From positions 32,001 to 96,000 of IMG/VR virus record IMGVR_UViG_2703718869_000013: a stretch of DNA of 64,000 bases, one strand, 5' to 3'. The stretch is from a virus (Duplodnaviria; Heunggongvirae; Uroviricota; Caudoviricetes). This document shows, piece after piece, positions 19,063 to 30,293 of this stretch (within the stretch, counting starts at the first letter, position 1; every line of letters begins with the position of its first letter). The notes beneath the pieces were generated by a model. It saw only the letters and a program-made list of their open reading frames with translations, made no database searches and was not told the DNA's origin. A program made the translations under genes and the position numbers.

Positions 19063-20492
19063 GTAAAACAACACCGACTAAAGACAGTATTCGTGCAGAG
19101 TTTGAAGAGCTTGTCGAGAAAGATTCATTCTGGTCGAAGTTTGTCGGCTCTCAATTTGTCTCGATGCTGACATTGTTTATTACCCAGATTGTCTACAGGT
19201 GCTTTCAGTATGCCGATGCGGCGCTGGCTGAAGGCTTTATATCGACCGCGACGCGGCGTTCCTCTATCCTGGCAGCGGCAGAAACGAATAGTTACGTTGG
19301 TACCAAGCCAACACCGTCATCGGGGATGATTGAGATCACCGCCACAAGTGAAGATGCCCCAGCGGTAATCCCCAAAAACATGCCTTTAATATCTGACGAC
19401 CAGTACCCTTACATGACTATGGATGTATGCAGGTTGGTTGACGGCACCGGTACGGTAGAAGTGGCACAGTTGGAAATCCAGGAGGTGACATATACCGTTA
19501 CGGCAGCCAAAGAATTTCTGGAAGTCGTGTTATCAAAGGCTCTCACTGCTGTCTGCTATAAGCTGGAAGTATTCGTGACGACCGATGGTAAGACCACGCA
19601 GTGGTCTTCCAGCACTATGTTCCGGTTAGCCGGTAGTAAAAGCCAGGTCTACGTTGAGTTTTATAAGCCATCCGAGCAGTTGGGGGTTCGATTCGGTGAT
19701 GGGCTAATTGGGCAAATACCGCCAGAAGGCTCGACCATTACACTTAAGGTATGGTGCACCAACGGAGATATAACCCTGGTTGCTGGCCAAAATCTGACGC
19801 CTGTCGATTCTGCGGCTAATTTAGCTAATTTGATTTCAGTTAAGACAACGACACCCATAACCGCAGGTACCGATGCCGAAACAACGGAGATCACACGTAA
19901 TCGTGCACAATATTACCTTGCCTATGATGATCAGGTCGTATGGGGCGGGGACTATACGTATTTTCTGGTGCGTAACATCCCGGGACTGTCCTGGGTAAAG
20001 GCATGGGGCGAAGGCCAGCAAGAGAAATTAGATGGTGCTTATAATGTTCGGAATATCAATAAGATATTTATTTCAGGATGGCATCCAAACAAAAGCCAGT
20101 CAGAGCTTGAAGAAATGATCCTGGCTGCCTTTAAGAAGGTGCCGAATGAGTTGAACAAGAAATTCTCGTATAAAGAGGTCAGAAAACTCCCCTTTAAGAT
20201 CACCATCACTGGGCGGATATCGGCAAGCCTGACCATTGAGAATGTGACCGATGAGCTGAAGTCGGCACTGGAAACAAAATTTGGGCGCGACTCAACTTTC
20301 TTTGATCCGAACCGCGTCGGGAAGTACATCCTGATTAAGAAAAAAGACGTTTGGGCGTTTATCGAAACGCTGGGTTATTTCCGCGACTTTTATCTGGAAT
20401 TTGTCGAGTGGAATGAGTCCAACGGCTTTTACGATTTCGTTTATCTGGATACAGAAAACTCCACCTTTAATATTTCGTATGAGGAGGAGTGA
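19059..20492 (+). CDS. Putative baseplate protein
   Basis: 477-aa ORF between tape-measure and tail-fiber genes; by position. Confidence 0.5.
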   Translation: MSKTTPTKDSIRAEFEELVEKDSFWSKFVGSQFVSMLTLFITQIVYRCFQYADAALAEGFISTATRRSSILAAAETNSYVGTKPTPSSGMIEITATSEDAPAVIPKNMPLISDDQYPYMTMDVCRLVDGTGTVEVAQLEIQEVTYTVTAAKEFLEVVLSKALTAVCYKLEVFVTTDGKTTQWSSSTMFRLAGSKSQVYVEFYKPSEQLGVRFGDGLIGQIPPEGSTITLKVWCTNGDITLVAGQNLTPVDSAANLANLISVKTTTPITAGTDAETTEITRNRAQYYLAYDDQVVWGGDYTYFLVRNIPGLSWVKAWGEGQQEKLDGAYNVRNINKIFISGWHPNKSQSELEEMILAAFKKVPNELNKKFSYKEVRKLPFKITITGRISASLTIENVTDELKSALETKFGRDSTFFDPNRVGKYILIKKKDVWAFIETLGYFRDFYLEFVEWNESNGFYDFVYLDTENSTFNISYEEE

Positions 20493-21328
20493 TGCAGCGT
20501 TCCTGGTTTAATAACCGGCTTACATCAGCTAAGCAAAAGTCATTGCTCTATAAATCATTGGCTGATTTGGTTCAGTCAATGATGGACACCTTTGTTGACC
20601 CATGGTTGGAGCGAATTACCAACCGGAAGTCTATTTTCTCCATGAGCAAGGAGGATCTGGAGACCAGGACAAATGAACTTGGCCAGTTCTTTACTATCAG
20701 AACCTCGGACTCATCTTCCGTTCCGATGTTGTTACAACAGCGGCTTGATGAGATCCACTTTAAGGGAACTGAACGTCCTATAAACCAGACAATTTACCGC
20801 GAATTTAACGGTATTTCTGTTTTATGGGATCCGATATATGCACCGGTGGACCTTGAGCGTCATCCCTATGGCACAGTTCTAATACCAGAAAGCACATTGG
20901 AGACTACCGGCGGCACATTCGGCGAGATGTTTCTGACTTCCAGAGGGATGATCAGTATTCCCATAAACGACCTGGCCCGGACAATGGGTATTACTGGCAC
21001 GATAGATCAGTCCGCAATTACAGAAGAAATTCTCAGAAAGTTTAATCAGTTCGTAAAGCCTCTACTGCCACTGCATATAGTGTTTGATGGGCTTACGCTC
21101 TATTTGTCGGTTGTTGTAAATGAACAGGCCGACATGATCACTTTGAACGAGATTTCTGATACCGAAAAAGCATTCTGCTGGTTTGAAACTTCGGATACAA
21201 CTTCGCTTACTGGAGTTACGTCGATTAGCGCCCCGATCACCGCAACGCCTGGTGGCACTATTGTGAAAGCGACACCTACGTTTGATCGCACCCGCGCAGA
21301 TGATTTGTTGCTGGATAGCGACGCCTGA
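20489..21328 (+). CDS. Hypothetical baseplate / tail protein
   Basis: 279-aa ORF, overlapping start; by position. Confidence 0.5.
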   Translation: MMQRSWFNNRLTSAKQKSLLYKSLADLVQSMMDTFVDPWLERITNRKSIFSMSKEDLETRTNELGQFFTIRTSDSSSVPMLLQQRLDEIHFKGTERPINQTIYREFNGISVLWDPIYAPVDLERHPYGTVLIPESTLETTGGTFGEMFLTSRGMISIPINDLARTMGITGTIDQSAITEEILRKFNQFVKPLLPLHIVFDGLTLYLSVVVNEQADMITLNEISDTEKAFCWFETSDTTSLTGVTSISAPITATPGGTIVKATPTFDRTRADDLLLDSDA

Positions 21329-21406
21329 CAATCACCCCGTCCGCAGGGCGGGGTGACAAGTTACTTCTCTTACAATGAGGCTTCACAACAGTGATTAGGG
21401 AAAATC

Positions 21407-21841
21407 ATGTCTGACGTCTCAACAAACCTCTATAAGAGTCAGTTGTTGGACTATTACTATCAGCGGCGCGCTGAATCGTCCATTAACAAAGGCTCTCGAT
21501 TTTTAATCAGCAAGGCCGTTTTCGGTACCAGTTCTCTGGTTACTAAGAAAGGAGATGGCACTTATGAGATTGGAGAACTGCCAAAGGCTTTCGATCTGGC
21601 AGAACTGACCAGCCAATTTTGTACCATCAACCTCGTGCCAACCTACTCAGGTGGGATAATTACTGTCCGAATGGACCTTGATCAAAGCCAGTTGCAGGAA
21701 GGGAAAAACTACCCATTCAACACTCTGGTTGTTCTGGATAACGAGAACAAGCCAATCGCCATTATTTGTGTCCAGGAAGACTCGCTGTATGTGGGCAAAA
21801 CATATACCGCAGTTATGGCCATAAACACGACTACAGCATAA
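21407..21841 (+). CDS. Hypothetical tail protein preceding the tail fiber gene
   Basis: 144-aa ORF; stop immediately before the tail fiber start. Confidence 0.5.
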   Translation: MSDVSTNLYKSQLLDYYYQRRAESSINKGSRFLISKAVFGTSSLVTKKGDGTYEIGELPKAFDLAELTSQFCTINLVPTYSGGIITVRMDLDQSQLQEGKNYPFNTLVVLDNENKPIAIICVQEDSLYVGKTYTAVMAINTTTA

Positions 21842-21852
21842 GGATATGCTTG

Positions 21853-24702
21853 ATGAATGACGTTACAGTTGTTACATCGGTTACTTACCCATCACCCGAG
21901 TCGTTGGCTCTGGTTGCTGATGTGCAATACCACGAACCATATCTGTCAGCCGCGCTAAACCGAAAATTCAGGGGGATTGTTGACCCGGGATTTTATGCCG
22001 GTTTCTTACCTAAGCCTGGCGGTGGGATGAACCTGTTAATCACCTCAGTGGATGGAGATAAAACCGCAGGCGCGGCGTCGGTGGATATTGGTGAATTCTA
22101 CCAGGTAACTATTCAGCAATGTACGGATATTCCTCTTGCACTTAGTGCAGGCAAGAAATATGCAATTGTGCTGAAGGGAAGATACCTCCTTGGAGAGGAT
22201 ACCTATCAGGTTAATACCGCGTCACATATTCATGCGGCTGAATTTGTTACCAGAACCTATACCGATTCATATCAGTTAGGAGATGGGGAGCTGCTTGTTT
22301 GTACGGTGAATATCCCTGCTGGAGTATCAGCCATTACCCAGGAGATGATTGATACATCCGAGCGTATTAACCGCACGATCGGCATTGATATCTCAGACTC
22401 TGTAACCAGTAGCAGAAGTGATGTTGCTGCAAGTTCGCTGGCAGTTAAAAAAGCCTACGATCTGGCGAACAGTAAGTATACGGCGCAGGATGCAAGCACA
22501 ACGCAAAAGGGATTAGTTCAGCTCAGTAGCGAAACTAACAGCGACAGCGAAACAATGGCGGCTACCCCTAAAGCCGTTAAGTCTGTAAAAGATCTTGCTG
22601 ATACCAAAGCGCCAATAGAAAGCCCGAGTCTGACAGGAACGCCAACCGCGCCGACGGCAGCGCAAGGTACAAATAGCACGCAGATCGCAAATACAGCCTT
22701 TGTTAAGGCAGCTATAACGGCACTTATCAACGGTGCACCTGGCACACTGGATACGCTTAAAGAAATAGCTGCTGCGATCAATAACGACCCGAATTTCAGC
22801 ACAACTATCAACAATGCTCTGGCTCTTAAAGCTCCTTTAGCAAGTCCTGCATTAACGGGAATACCTACTGCGCCTACCGCTGCACAGGGTACGAATAACA
22901 CGCAGATTGCTACGACCGCTTATGTAAGAGCTGCCATATCCGCATTGGTTGGTTCATCACCAGAAGCTCTTGATACCCTGAATGAGCTTGCCGCAGCACT
23001 TGGTAATGACCCGAACTTTGCGACAACAATGACAAATGCGCTGGCAGGCAAACAGCCTCTGGATGCAACTTTAACCGCGCTTGCTGGTCTTGCTACAGGC
23101 GCAAATAAATTGCCGTACTTTACCGGTACAGACACTATTTCTCAGACTGACTTAACGTCAGTCGGTCGCGATATTCTGGCCAAAACAAGCGTCCTTGCTG
23201 TTATCCAATACCTTGATTTAAGAGAACTTGGCACAAGCGGTGAAAAGATCCCCCTGTTGAGCACGGCTAACAAATGGGGTGCACGCCAGACTTTCAACGG
23301 TGGGATCACCGGGGCGCTGACAGGGAACGCCGACACCGCGACGAAATTAAAAACAGCCATAAACATTAATGGCGTCAGATTCGATGGTTCGGCTGACATT
23401 AATATCAATACTCTGGTATCTCGCGGTCGCGTAACGGCCCTAGAGGCGAATGCACAGGGAACATCCGGGATTCAGCTGTATGAGGCATACAACAATGGCT
23501 ACCCTTCCCCCTATGGCAATGTGCTTCACCTTAAAGGTGCCACCGCTGCTGGCGAAGGTGAGTTATTCATTGGCTGGAGTGGCACGAGCGGTGACCATGC
23601 GCCCGTACATATCCGTTCGCGGCGTGATACTGATTCTGCCAACTGGTCTGAATGGGCGCAGGTCTATACGTCAAAAGATTCAATTCCCGGCGTCAATGCC
23701 AAAGGGGATCAGGACACCTCTGGTAATGCGGCTACAGCGACCAAGTTGCAGACAGCATGTACTATCAATGGCGTCTCGTTTGATGGTTCTACTGATATCA
23801 CTTTAACCGCTGCGCATGTTGCTGCTTTTGCCAGAAGAGCAACGGATACGTATGCCGATGCGGATGGGGGCGTTCCCTGGAATGCCGAATCAGGCGCTTA
23901 CAATGTCATTCGCTCTGCCGACAGCTATATTCTGGTTAACTTCTATACCGGAGTCGGAAGTTGCCCGACCTTGCAGATGAAGGCGCATTACAGAAATGGT
24001 GGTCTGTTCTACCGTTCTTCAAGAGACGGTTATGGTTTTGAGGAAGACTGGGCAGAAGTTTATACCTCGAAAAATCTTCCACCAGAAAGCTACCCAGTCG
24101 GCGCACCAATCCCGTGGCCATCAGATACCGTTCCGTCTGGTTATGCCCTGATGCAGGGGCAGACTTTTGACAAATCTGCATACCCGAAACTTGCAGCGGC
24201 TTATCCGTCAGGCGTTATTCCTGATATGCGTGGCTGGACGATTAAGGGCAAGCCCGGCAGTGGTCGTGCCGTATTGTCTCAGGAACAGGACGGCATTAAA
24301 TCGCACACCCACAGCGCCAGCGCATCCAGTACGGATTTGGGGACGAAAACCACATCGTCGTTTGATTACGGTACTAAAACGACCAGTTCATTTGATTACG
24401 GCACAAAAACTACGAATAGCGCTGGAAATCATTCACACAATATACCTGTTGGTCACACTGGCGCGGGGAATGGTGTATCAGCCGGTTTTAACGCTGCGTT
24501 AGGTACTGGTACCACGTCGAGCGCAGGCGAGCATGCTCACAATGTATATATCGGTGCCCATAACCACACTATCGGCATTGGTGCTCATGCCCATTCTGTC
24601 ATTATTGGTCCCCACGGACACACCATCACCGTTAACGCTACGGGTAACGAAGAAAACACCGTAAAAAACATCGCATTTAACTATATTGTGAGGCTTGCAT
24701 AA
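21853..24702 (+). CDS. Tail fiber protein
   Basis: Repeated SP(S/A)LTG(T/I)[11 protein letters not shown](S/N)TQIA..A(F/Y)V(K/R)AAI collar-type repeats; C-terminal His-rich HxH repeats; ATG at 21853 has an AGGA Shine-Dalgarno (track ORF begins at 21766). Confidence 0.85.
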   Translation: MNDVTVVTSVTYPSPESLALVADVQYHEPYLSAALNRKFRGIVDPGFYAGFLPKPGGGMNLLITSVDGDKTAGAASVDIGEFYQVTIQQCTDIPLALSAGKKYAIVLKGRYLLGEDTYQVNTASHIHAAEFVTRTYTDSYQLGDGELLVCTVNIPAGVSAITQEMIDTSERINRTIGIDISDSVTSSRSDVAASSLAVKKAYDLANSKYTAQDASTTQKGLVQLSSETNSDSETMAATPKAVKSVKDLADTKAPIESPSLTGTPTAPTAAQGTNSTQIANTAFVKAAITALINGAPGTLDTLKEIAAAINNDPNFSTTINNALALKAPLASPALTGIPTAPTAAQGTNNTQIATTAYVRAAISALVGSSPEALDTLNELAAALGNDPNFATTMTNALAGKQPLDATLTALAGLATGANKLPYFTGTDTISQTDLTSVGRDILAKTSVLAVIQYLDLRELGTSGEKIPLLSTANKWGARQTFNGGITGALTGNADTATKLKTAININGVRFDGSADININTLVSRGRVTALEANAQGTSGIQLYEAYNNGYPSPYGNVLHLKGATAAGEGELFIGWSGTSGDHAPVHIRSRRDTDSANWSEWAQVYTSKDSIPGVNAKGDQDTSGNAATATKLQTACTINGVSFDGSTDITLTAAHVAAFARRATDTYADADGGVPWNAESGAYNVIRSADSYILVNFYTGVGSCPTLQMKAHYRNGGLFYRSSRDGYGFEEDWAEVYTSKNLPPESYPVGAPIPWPSDTVPSGYALMQGQTFDKSAYPKLAAAYPSGVIPDMRGWTIKGKPGSGRAVLSQEQDGIKSHTHSASASSTDLGTKTTSSFDYGTKTTSSFDYGTKTTNSAGNHSHNIPVGHTGAGNGVSAGFNAALGTGTTSSAGEHAHNVYIGAHNHTIGIGAHAHSVIIGPHGHTITVNATGNEENTVKNIAFNYIVRLA
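24338..24414 (+). repeat. Three tandem imperfect 30-bp repeats encoding [10 protein letters not shown] inside the tail fiber gene
   Basis: Direct reading of DNA and translation. Confidence 0.7.
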
Positions 24703-25280
24703 TGACATTCAGAATGAGTGAACAATCACGGACCATAAAAATTTATAATCTACTGGCTGGAACCAATGAGTTTATTGGTGAAGGTGATGCATACATTCCA
24801 CCTCATACAGGTCTGCCTGCAAACAGTACCGATATTGCCCCGCCAGATATTCCGGCTGGCTTCGTGGCCGTTTTCAACAGTGATGAGGCATCGTGGAATC
24901 TCGTTGAAGACCATCGGGGAAAAACCGTCTATGACGTGGCTTCCGGCGACGCGTTATTTATTTCTGAACTTGGCCCATTACCGGAAAATGTCACCTGGTT
25001 ATCCCCGGAAGGGGAGTTTCAGAAGTGGAACGGCACAGCCTGGGTGAAAGATGCAGAAGCAGAAAAACTGTTCCGGATCCGGAAGGCGGAAGAAACAAAA
25101 AACAGCCTGATGCAGATGGCCAGTGAGCATATTGCGCCACTTCAGGATGCCGTAGATTTGGATATTGCGACGGAGGAAGAGGCATCGTTACTGACTGCAT
25201 GGAAGACATATCGGGTATTGTTGAATCGTGTTGATACAACAGTAGCATCGGATGTTGAGTGGCCAGTCGCCCCGCAATAA
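24702..25280 (+). CDS. Tail fiber assembly chaperone (U/Tfa family)
   Basis: 192 aa; start overlaps tail fiber stop; U/Tfa-type sequence as recalled. Confidence 0.8.
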   Translation: MTFRMSEQSRTIKIYNLLAGTNEFIGEGDAYIPPHTGLPANSTDIAPPDIPAGFVAVFNSDEASWNLVEDHRGKTVYDVASGDALFISELGPLPENVTWLSPEGEFQKWNGTAWVKDAEAEKLFRIRKAEETKNSLMQMASEHIAPLQDAVDLDIATEEEASLLTAWKTYRVLLNRVDTTVASDVEWPVAPQ

Positions 25281-25323
25281 AAGGATAAAGCCATCGATAG
25301 AAATATTGATGGCTTCATGTACT

Positions 25324-25896
25324 CTATTTATACAATACAACACCGCTCTTTTTTGTTATATATGTGCAGTTCGATGGTATATCTTTATTTATAAAAGACA
25401 TTGCACCTATTTTTACATTATCCCCAATTTTACGTGATAATCCAATGATGCAACAATTAGCTCCGATATCAACGTTATTACCAATTTTTACTCTTGAACC
25501 AGGCATGTCACCATCTACCTGTCCAATGGTAGTATTCTGTCGCAAAACCAGATTTTCACCAGCATCAACAGCAAAATGAACAACAATTCCAGTATGATGG
25601 GGAATTGTTAAACCTTTTCCAATATTTGCGCCCAATCCAATTTCGCAACCAAATCTGTTAATTATATTATTGTTTAACTTTCTGGCTGCTTTCTTATGTA
25701 ATTTATTGCCATTAATATACATTTCATTAGCCAGTCTCCACCAGAAAAGGAAATTCCGATTGCGCTGCTTCTTCTCTCTTAATAGTCGCCAAACATCCAT
25801 TTTTTCACGCCTGATGATTTCAGCCATCCAGTAGCTCAATAGAGCTTTTGAATTCCCGAAGATGACAAAGTGAATAGCTATTAAGTAACATAACAT
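25324..25896 (-). CDS. Hexapeptide-repeat O-acetyltransferase (serine/sugar acetyltransferase-like)
   Basis: Left-handed beta-helix hexapeptide repeats (IGLGANIGKGLTIPHHTGIVV, IGNNVDIGANCCIIG, IGDNVKIGAMS); AT-rich gene; start codon choice uncertain. Confidence 0.75.
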   Translation of the reverse strand: MLCYLIAIHFVIFGNSKALLSYWMAEIIRREKMDVWRLLREKKQRNRNFLFWWRLANEMYINGNKLHKKAARKLNNNIINRFGCEIGLGANIGKGLTIPHHTGIVVHFAVDAGENLVLRQNTTIGQVDGDMPGSRVKIGNNVDIGANCCIIGLSRKIGDNVKIGAMSFINKDIPSNCTYITKKSGVVLYK

Positions 25897-26363
25897 ATTG
25901 CAACTGCCTATATTTTTTGGTTTCTATGTTTATATATTGACATTATAATTAAAACAATAATCATCAGTGTGTTACTGCGTTCCTGCTAAACTAAATCAAC
26001 GCACAATGTAAACACAAATGTTAATTTTAAACTGAGCGCTAAAGGGATGTCAATATTGTATTGATAATGAGTTGCAAGATTGCCAACACTTTCTATATTT
26101 TTGGATGTAATAATTTATATTTTATCTATTTAGTGTTTCTTTAGACTTATTAAGGATGTCATTATTAATTTATGGCTTGCCATTTCTATACATATCTGTT
26201 AAAAATTTTGACTTGTTTGTTGAAAATAGATTTAATTGATTGGTTTATTTTTTACATGACGCTCTTTAATATAGCTTCAGGTATATATAAGCACAATGCA
26301 TTATTTCCAGAGGAAATTAACAAAATTGTTAGCTCTTATTTGTTGAGCTTATAGATATTAATT

Positions 26364-26384
26364 AAGGCCCGATTCCGGGCCTTT
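26364..26384. terminator. Hairpin GGCCCG-attc-CGGGCC with flanking A/T runs
   Basis: Stem-loop between AT-rich island and lysis genes. Confidence 0.45.
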
Positions 26385-26601
26385 CCTCATTCCGGCTTTT
26401 CGGGAAACGTTACTGGAAGGATGGAGGTATCCGTGGATTCGACTTTCTGCGCATAGAGAATCCACTCGGTTAATTTTTGTTTACCCTGAACGGAAATAAT
26501 GCCTAGCCGTAACTGTGAGTCCCAGAGCTGAGTTTTATCCCTGACGAGCTGTAGCAGGCTTTGCTTTTCTTTTTCCGCTTGTTGTCTTTGCATGACCGGT
26601 T

Positions 26602-26623
26602 GAGAAGTTACTTTGCATACCAT
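26602..26623 (+). promoter_or_regulatory. Late-promoter-like motif upstream of holin gene (GAGAAGTTACTTTGCATACCAT)
   Basis: Shares AAGT.A.TTTGCAT.. pattern with motifs upstream of lyz and head gene. Confidence 0.4.
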
Positions 26624-26651
26624 TACCTCCTGACAACGTAGGAGGGAACTT

Positions 26652-26981
26652 GTGCTTGACACACAGGAATTAGCTCCAGTTGCTATTGCGCTCCTGCTTT
26701 CAGTAATTGGTGGGATAGGCACGTTCCTGATGGATGTCCGAGACGGTCGCCAGTCTGGCAATTTGTTGGGATTGGTTACGGAGATCTTTGTTGCAGTGAC
26801 AGCTGGCGCGGTGGCGTACCTATTGGGGCAACACGAGGGCTGGGAGTTATCAATTACGTACTTAATGGTAACGATAGCCAGCAATAACGGTCATGAGGTG
26901 ATTTCAGGGATGAAACGAGTGAATATCGATAGCATTCTGAATGTTCTTACAAGTTTGGTGAAAAAGGGAGGTGGGAAATGA
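26652..26981 (+). CDS. Holin (LydA-like)
   Basis: 109 aa with two to three hydrophobic helices and charged C-terminus; GTG start with GGAGGG Shine-Dalgarno; followed by overlapping antiholin-sized ORF. Confidence 0.6.
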   Translation: MLDTQELAPVAIALLLSVIGGIGTFLMDVRDGRQSGNLLGLVTEIFVAVTAGAVAYLLGQHEGWELSITYLMVTIASNNGHEVISGMKRVNIDSILNVLTSLVKKGGGK

Positions 26982-27421
26982 TTGGCTGGGGTGTATGCGC
27001 TCTTGCGTTAGCCTTAGCCGATCGCTATTTGCTAAAACGCAAGGACATCACGCATTTAGAACTTGGTGATGTGGAAATTAAACCGGGTTTCATCCGGGTG
27101 CCGTTCAAATACCGGTCTAAATTCCCGTTTTTGCGCGGCGCAACGGTCAGATATTGGATCCGCGATGTTCAGAAGCCAACGACAGTGATTGAAGGCGAAC
27201 AACGTTGTCTGACGTCGGCTGAACAGGGCGAAAACAGTGAATGGTTGTACATACCCACTGAATATATGGGTAAAGGAGAACGGCTGTGGCATTTCAACGT
27301 CATGGTTACGCATGGCGACTCGTTCATTAACCCGTTGTATCGGATTTTCCCTGTTACTCAGCAAATCCGCAGAAGTTACGTAATAAATCTCGCACAGGAT
27401 GTGTCAGATGACGAAAAATAA
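26978..27421 (+). CDS. Antiholin-like protein (LydB position)
   Basis: 147-aa ORF overlapping holin stop; by position. Confidence 0.45.
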   Translation: MIGWGVCALALALADRYLLKRKDITHLELGDVEIKPGFIRVPFKYRSKFPFLRGATVRYWIRDVQKPTTVIEGEQRCLTSAEQGENSEWLYIPTEYMGKGERLWHFNVMVTHGDSFINPLYRIFPVTQQIRRSYVINLAQDVSDDEK

Positions 27422-28010
27422 GTATGCAACGGTCGATTTTGACCAGGTTAATGAAAAGGGGCTGAAATCCCTTATCGCGGCGATCAATAAAACCGGTGTT
27501 ACGGTAATTGAGGTTGACTCCAGCAACCGCGCAACAACGAAAGATGGCGTTAAAGTTAAAACCGCAAAGCTGGTTCTTAACGACGGACAAATTCTTGCCA
27601 TACAGGTAAACGATACTGGCGATATATCGTCTGTGAGGCTGAATGGAAAAGCTATTCCTAACGCTCAGTCGCCGGATATCAAGACGCTTGGTACCGTCAT
27701 GGGGCAAGCGGCCCGCAAAAACTCCGCAAAATTCCAGAAATCACTGATCGCCAAAGCGAAACGTGTTGCCAATCCGGTAGACAAGAAACCGGCAGTAAAA
27801 TCCAACTTTCAGCGCCTGCAAGAGGCAAAACAGCGGAATGCTCAGGTGGTTGCCGCTTATAAATCAGCGCAGAACTCGGTGTCTTTCAATCAACAGCAGA
27901 TCACTGATTTGCGGGCGAAGCTGGATAAGGAGACAGGCCGACTCAATAACGAAAAGGCCCGAAATGGCGAACTCAAACGCCGTCTTAAGCAACTGAAAGC
28001 AGGAAATTAA
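27399..28010 (+). CDS. Hdf-like protein (shares NSAKFQ-containing segment with the next, DarA-sized gene)
   Basis: 203 aa; internal similarity to 28012-29931 product (..NSAKFQ(K/R)..); coiled-coil C-terminus. Confidence 0.5.
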   Translation: MCQMTKNKYATVDFDQVNEKGLKSLIAAINKTGVTVIEVDSSNRATTKDGVKVKTAKLVLNDGQILAIQVNDTGDISSVRLNGKAIPNAQSPDIKTLGTVMGQAARKNSAKFQKSLIAKAKRVANPVDKKPAVKSNFQRLQEAKQRNAQVVAAYKSAQNSVSFNQQQITDLRAKLDKETGRLNNEKARNGELKRRLKQLKAGN

Positions 28011-28011
28011 C

Positions 28012-29931
28012 ATGGAACAGTTCAATATCAATAAAGGGGTGGCGATCAAGCCTGGGCTTGACGTGCTTCCCCCGCCAGTGACTGATGATGAATATCGCGC
28101 ATTAATGGCCGGTGAGGACCGCTATCTGATGACGGAATCCAACACCCTGGAGGAAATCGAGGCTACGTTCTTCTATGACACGCCGATCCACTGGTGTGCT
28201 ACGGATTTACTGGAGGCGATTAGTTCTACTCGTTTGCAGCTACACCGGACCATGCAGGCATTTGTCCGGGCATTGAACCAGAAGCTGAATGGTACCGGAA
28301 TCTCTGCGGGGAGTGATAAAACGGGGGACGTGGCCCAGAACGGTGCACGCGCGATCGGCGGGGCTGAAATTGGCCGGGCGCGTAACGTTAACGGGCTGCC
28401 GGTTCTGCCAGCCATTATTCCGCTCAGTGATGGTCAGACTATCAGCATTCTGTTTCATAGCCCGACAGCGGAAAACCGGATCACCAATAGCGATACGCTG
28501 ATTGCTTTCCAGTTCTTACTGAATAAAAAAGACGTTACTCATACCGTTGCTCCGATGAGTGGACGTGATATGACGCTGGCGCAGGTCACCATGAAACTTG
28601 CCAACCTTGCAGAGAAAAACTCGGCAAAATTCCAGCGTGCGCAGAAGAAGAAAAAAGCCCTGGTTGATGAAATAACCCAACTACAGGCTGACAGTGACCA
28701 GAAAGAGGATGCCATGAGCGACCTCGCGGATCAGGTGGCAGCGGTAGAAGGCCAGAAGGCAGATCTGGAGCAGAAAATTAACGTGGTTGCTTCGGAAGCG
28801 GATTCTCTTTATCAAGAAAATGAGCGTTTGCAGGCGGAGATTGATCAGCTCAATCGCACTGGTGGGCGCGATACCATTGCTCCTGCGGGGATGACTGGTG
28901 GGCACTCTCGCGTGCTGACGGATCGCCTTGCCAGTATCAAAAATCGTATGCATATGGACGGGGAAGCGACGCTCAGTAATGGTGCATCAATGAAGCAATT
29001 CATTGGGGATGGCGAAGGGTATATCCAGTTAACCGATCCGGATGGCAGCGTATACATGATCAAGGCTAAATCCATACAGGGTGTGGACATGGCAGATGCG
29101 ATCGGCAAGCTGTTTAAAGCCTATAAAGCGGGTAATGTATCGGAATACCTGGTCCAACCAGAAGAACATAAACCGGAAAACGTCGAACCTGAACCAGCGG
29201 AGGATACCGGTAGCTCTTCGCCTGAACCAGAAGTCTCTGTAGGTGCATATCGATATGCCCTGCAAATGCGTCCGGCGGCCCCTGGCGCAATACCTGAAGG
29301 TAACAAAGCAATTCTGCCGCGCCCTGATGAAGGTGACCCGTATTATGAATATGCACGCTACGGCATTGCTACTTACGATACCCCGCTTTCTGATCAGCAA
29401 ATGAGTGAGTACGACCTGAAGTTATTGCCTCGCGAGGATTCTTTCGACTTCCTGGCGAAGACACTTACTAATGGTCCGTTTGGCAAATATGCACAAAAAG
29501 CTCTGGATCTGGCCACCAGCTCACCAGACGAGTTCCGCGTAATGCTGAAAACTCAGTTTCAAAAAACTTTCCCCAATATTGCGTTTCCGGGGGGCGCTGG
29601 CACCGAGAAAATGGTGCAGAGCATGATCAATGCATTGCAGGCCGAAGTCGGTGAGATTACTCAGCCAGAACCTGCCCCGGCACAGCCTGATGAAACGGTT
29701 AGCGAAGCAGATGCAGAGGCTAATAAAGCCATTGAATATCTCAATAACGTGATGGATATGCAAAGCACTGACATGGCGGAGATCCGTAACGCCCGGGGTA
29801 ATGTCCGGGAAGCGATTGCAGCCCTTCAGGCTGCCGGGCGTTTTGAGGAAAACGAAGAGCTGGTTAATGGCGCTGCTCGCCACCTGGCTGATCTGCTGGT
29901 AGCAATCCAGAAAGCGGGGGTAGCGGCATGA
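28012..29931 (+). CDS. DarA-like antirestriction/head-internal protein
   Basis: 639-aa ORF in the position and size expected for P1 DarA; no catalytic motif recognised. Confidence 0.5.
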   Translation: MEQFNINKGVAIKPGLDVLPPPVTDDEYRALMAGEDRYLMTESNTLEEIEATFFYDTPIHWCATDLLEAISSTRLQLHRTMQAFVRALNQKLNGTGISAGSDKTGDVAQNGARAIGGAEIGRARNVNGLPVLPAIIPLSDGQTISILFHSPTAENRITNSDTLIAFQFLLNKKDVTHTVAPMSGRDMTLAQVTMKLANLAEKNSAKFQRAQKKKKALVDEITQLQADSDQKEDAMSDLADQVAAVEGQKADLEQKINVVASEADSLYQENERLQAEIDQLNRTGGRDTIAPAGMTGGHSRVLTDRLASIKNRMHMDGEATLSNGASMKQFIGDGEGYIQLTDPDGSVYMIKAKSIQGVDMADAIGKLFKAYKAGNVSEYLVQPEEHKPENVEPEPAEDTGSSSPEPEVSVGAYRYALQMRPAAPGAIPEGNKAILPRPDEGDPYYEYARYGIATYDTPLSDQQMSEYDLKLLPREDSFDFLAKTLTNGPFGKYAQKALDLATSSPDEFRVMLKTQFQKTFPNIAFPGGAGTEKMVQSMINALQAEVGEITQPEPAPAQPDETVSEADAEANKAIEYLNNVMDMQSTDMAEIRNARGNVREAIAALQAAGRFEENEELVNGAARHLADLLVAIQKAGVAA

Positions 29932-30293
29932 CACTATCAGCTATTGAGTTAATGGACCTCAGCGATAAGTTGGATGCTCTGATGTCCAAAGCGGCTACCG
30001 CGAGTGGCATGGAGTTGCTGGATATCAGCGATGAAATTGACCAGATCATGCAACAGATGGGGTACGGCGCGTCTGGCGACGGTAGTGGCGAGGAGAAACA
30101 ACCTTCGGAACATGATGGTGTGCCAAAACTGGTTGCTGATTTCCTGGCTGATAAATTCGTCGATCAGAGCACCGATGCATTTATCGGTACGTTGCAGGAC
30201 TTGAGTCAATATGTTGGCACATACATCGATCTGGACCAGGTTAAACAGCACACGGCGGCATGGATAGCCGCCAACATTAAAGAGGCAGCGTGA
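29928..30293 (+). CDS. Hypothetical acidic protein (DdrA position)
   Basis: 121-aa ORF overlapping previous stop; by position. Confidence 0.45.
   Translation: MTLSAIELMDLSDKLDALMSKAATASGMELLDISDEIDQIMQQMGYGASGDGSGEEKQPSEHDGVPKLVADFLADKFVDQSTDAFIGTLQDLSQYVGTYIDLDQVKQHTAAWIAANIKEAA

Noticed and set aside
22518-23408. Ala/Val-rich minus-strand ORFs inside the tail fiber gene
   Set aside because: Low-complexity antisense translation of the repeat-rich fiber gene.
26387-26884. 165-aa minus-strand ORF overlapping the holin gene
   Set aside because: Most of it is antisense to the holin ORF; only the distal 26387-26623 part could be independent and even that is unsupported.
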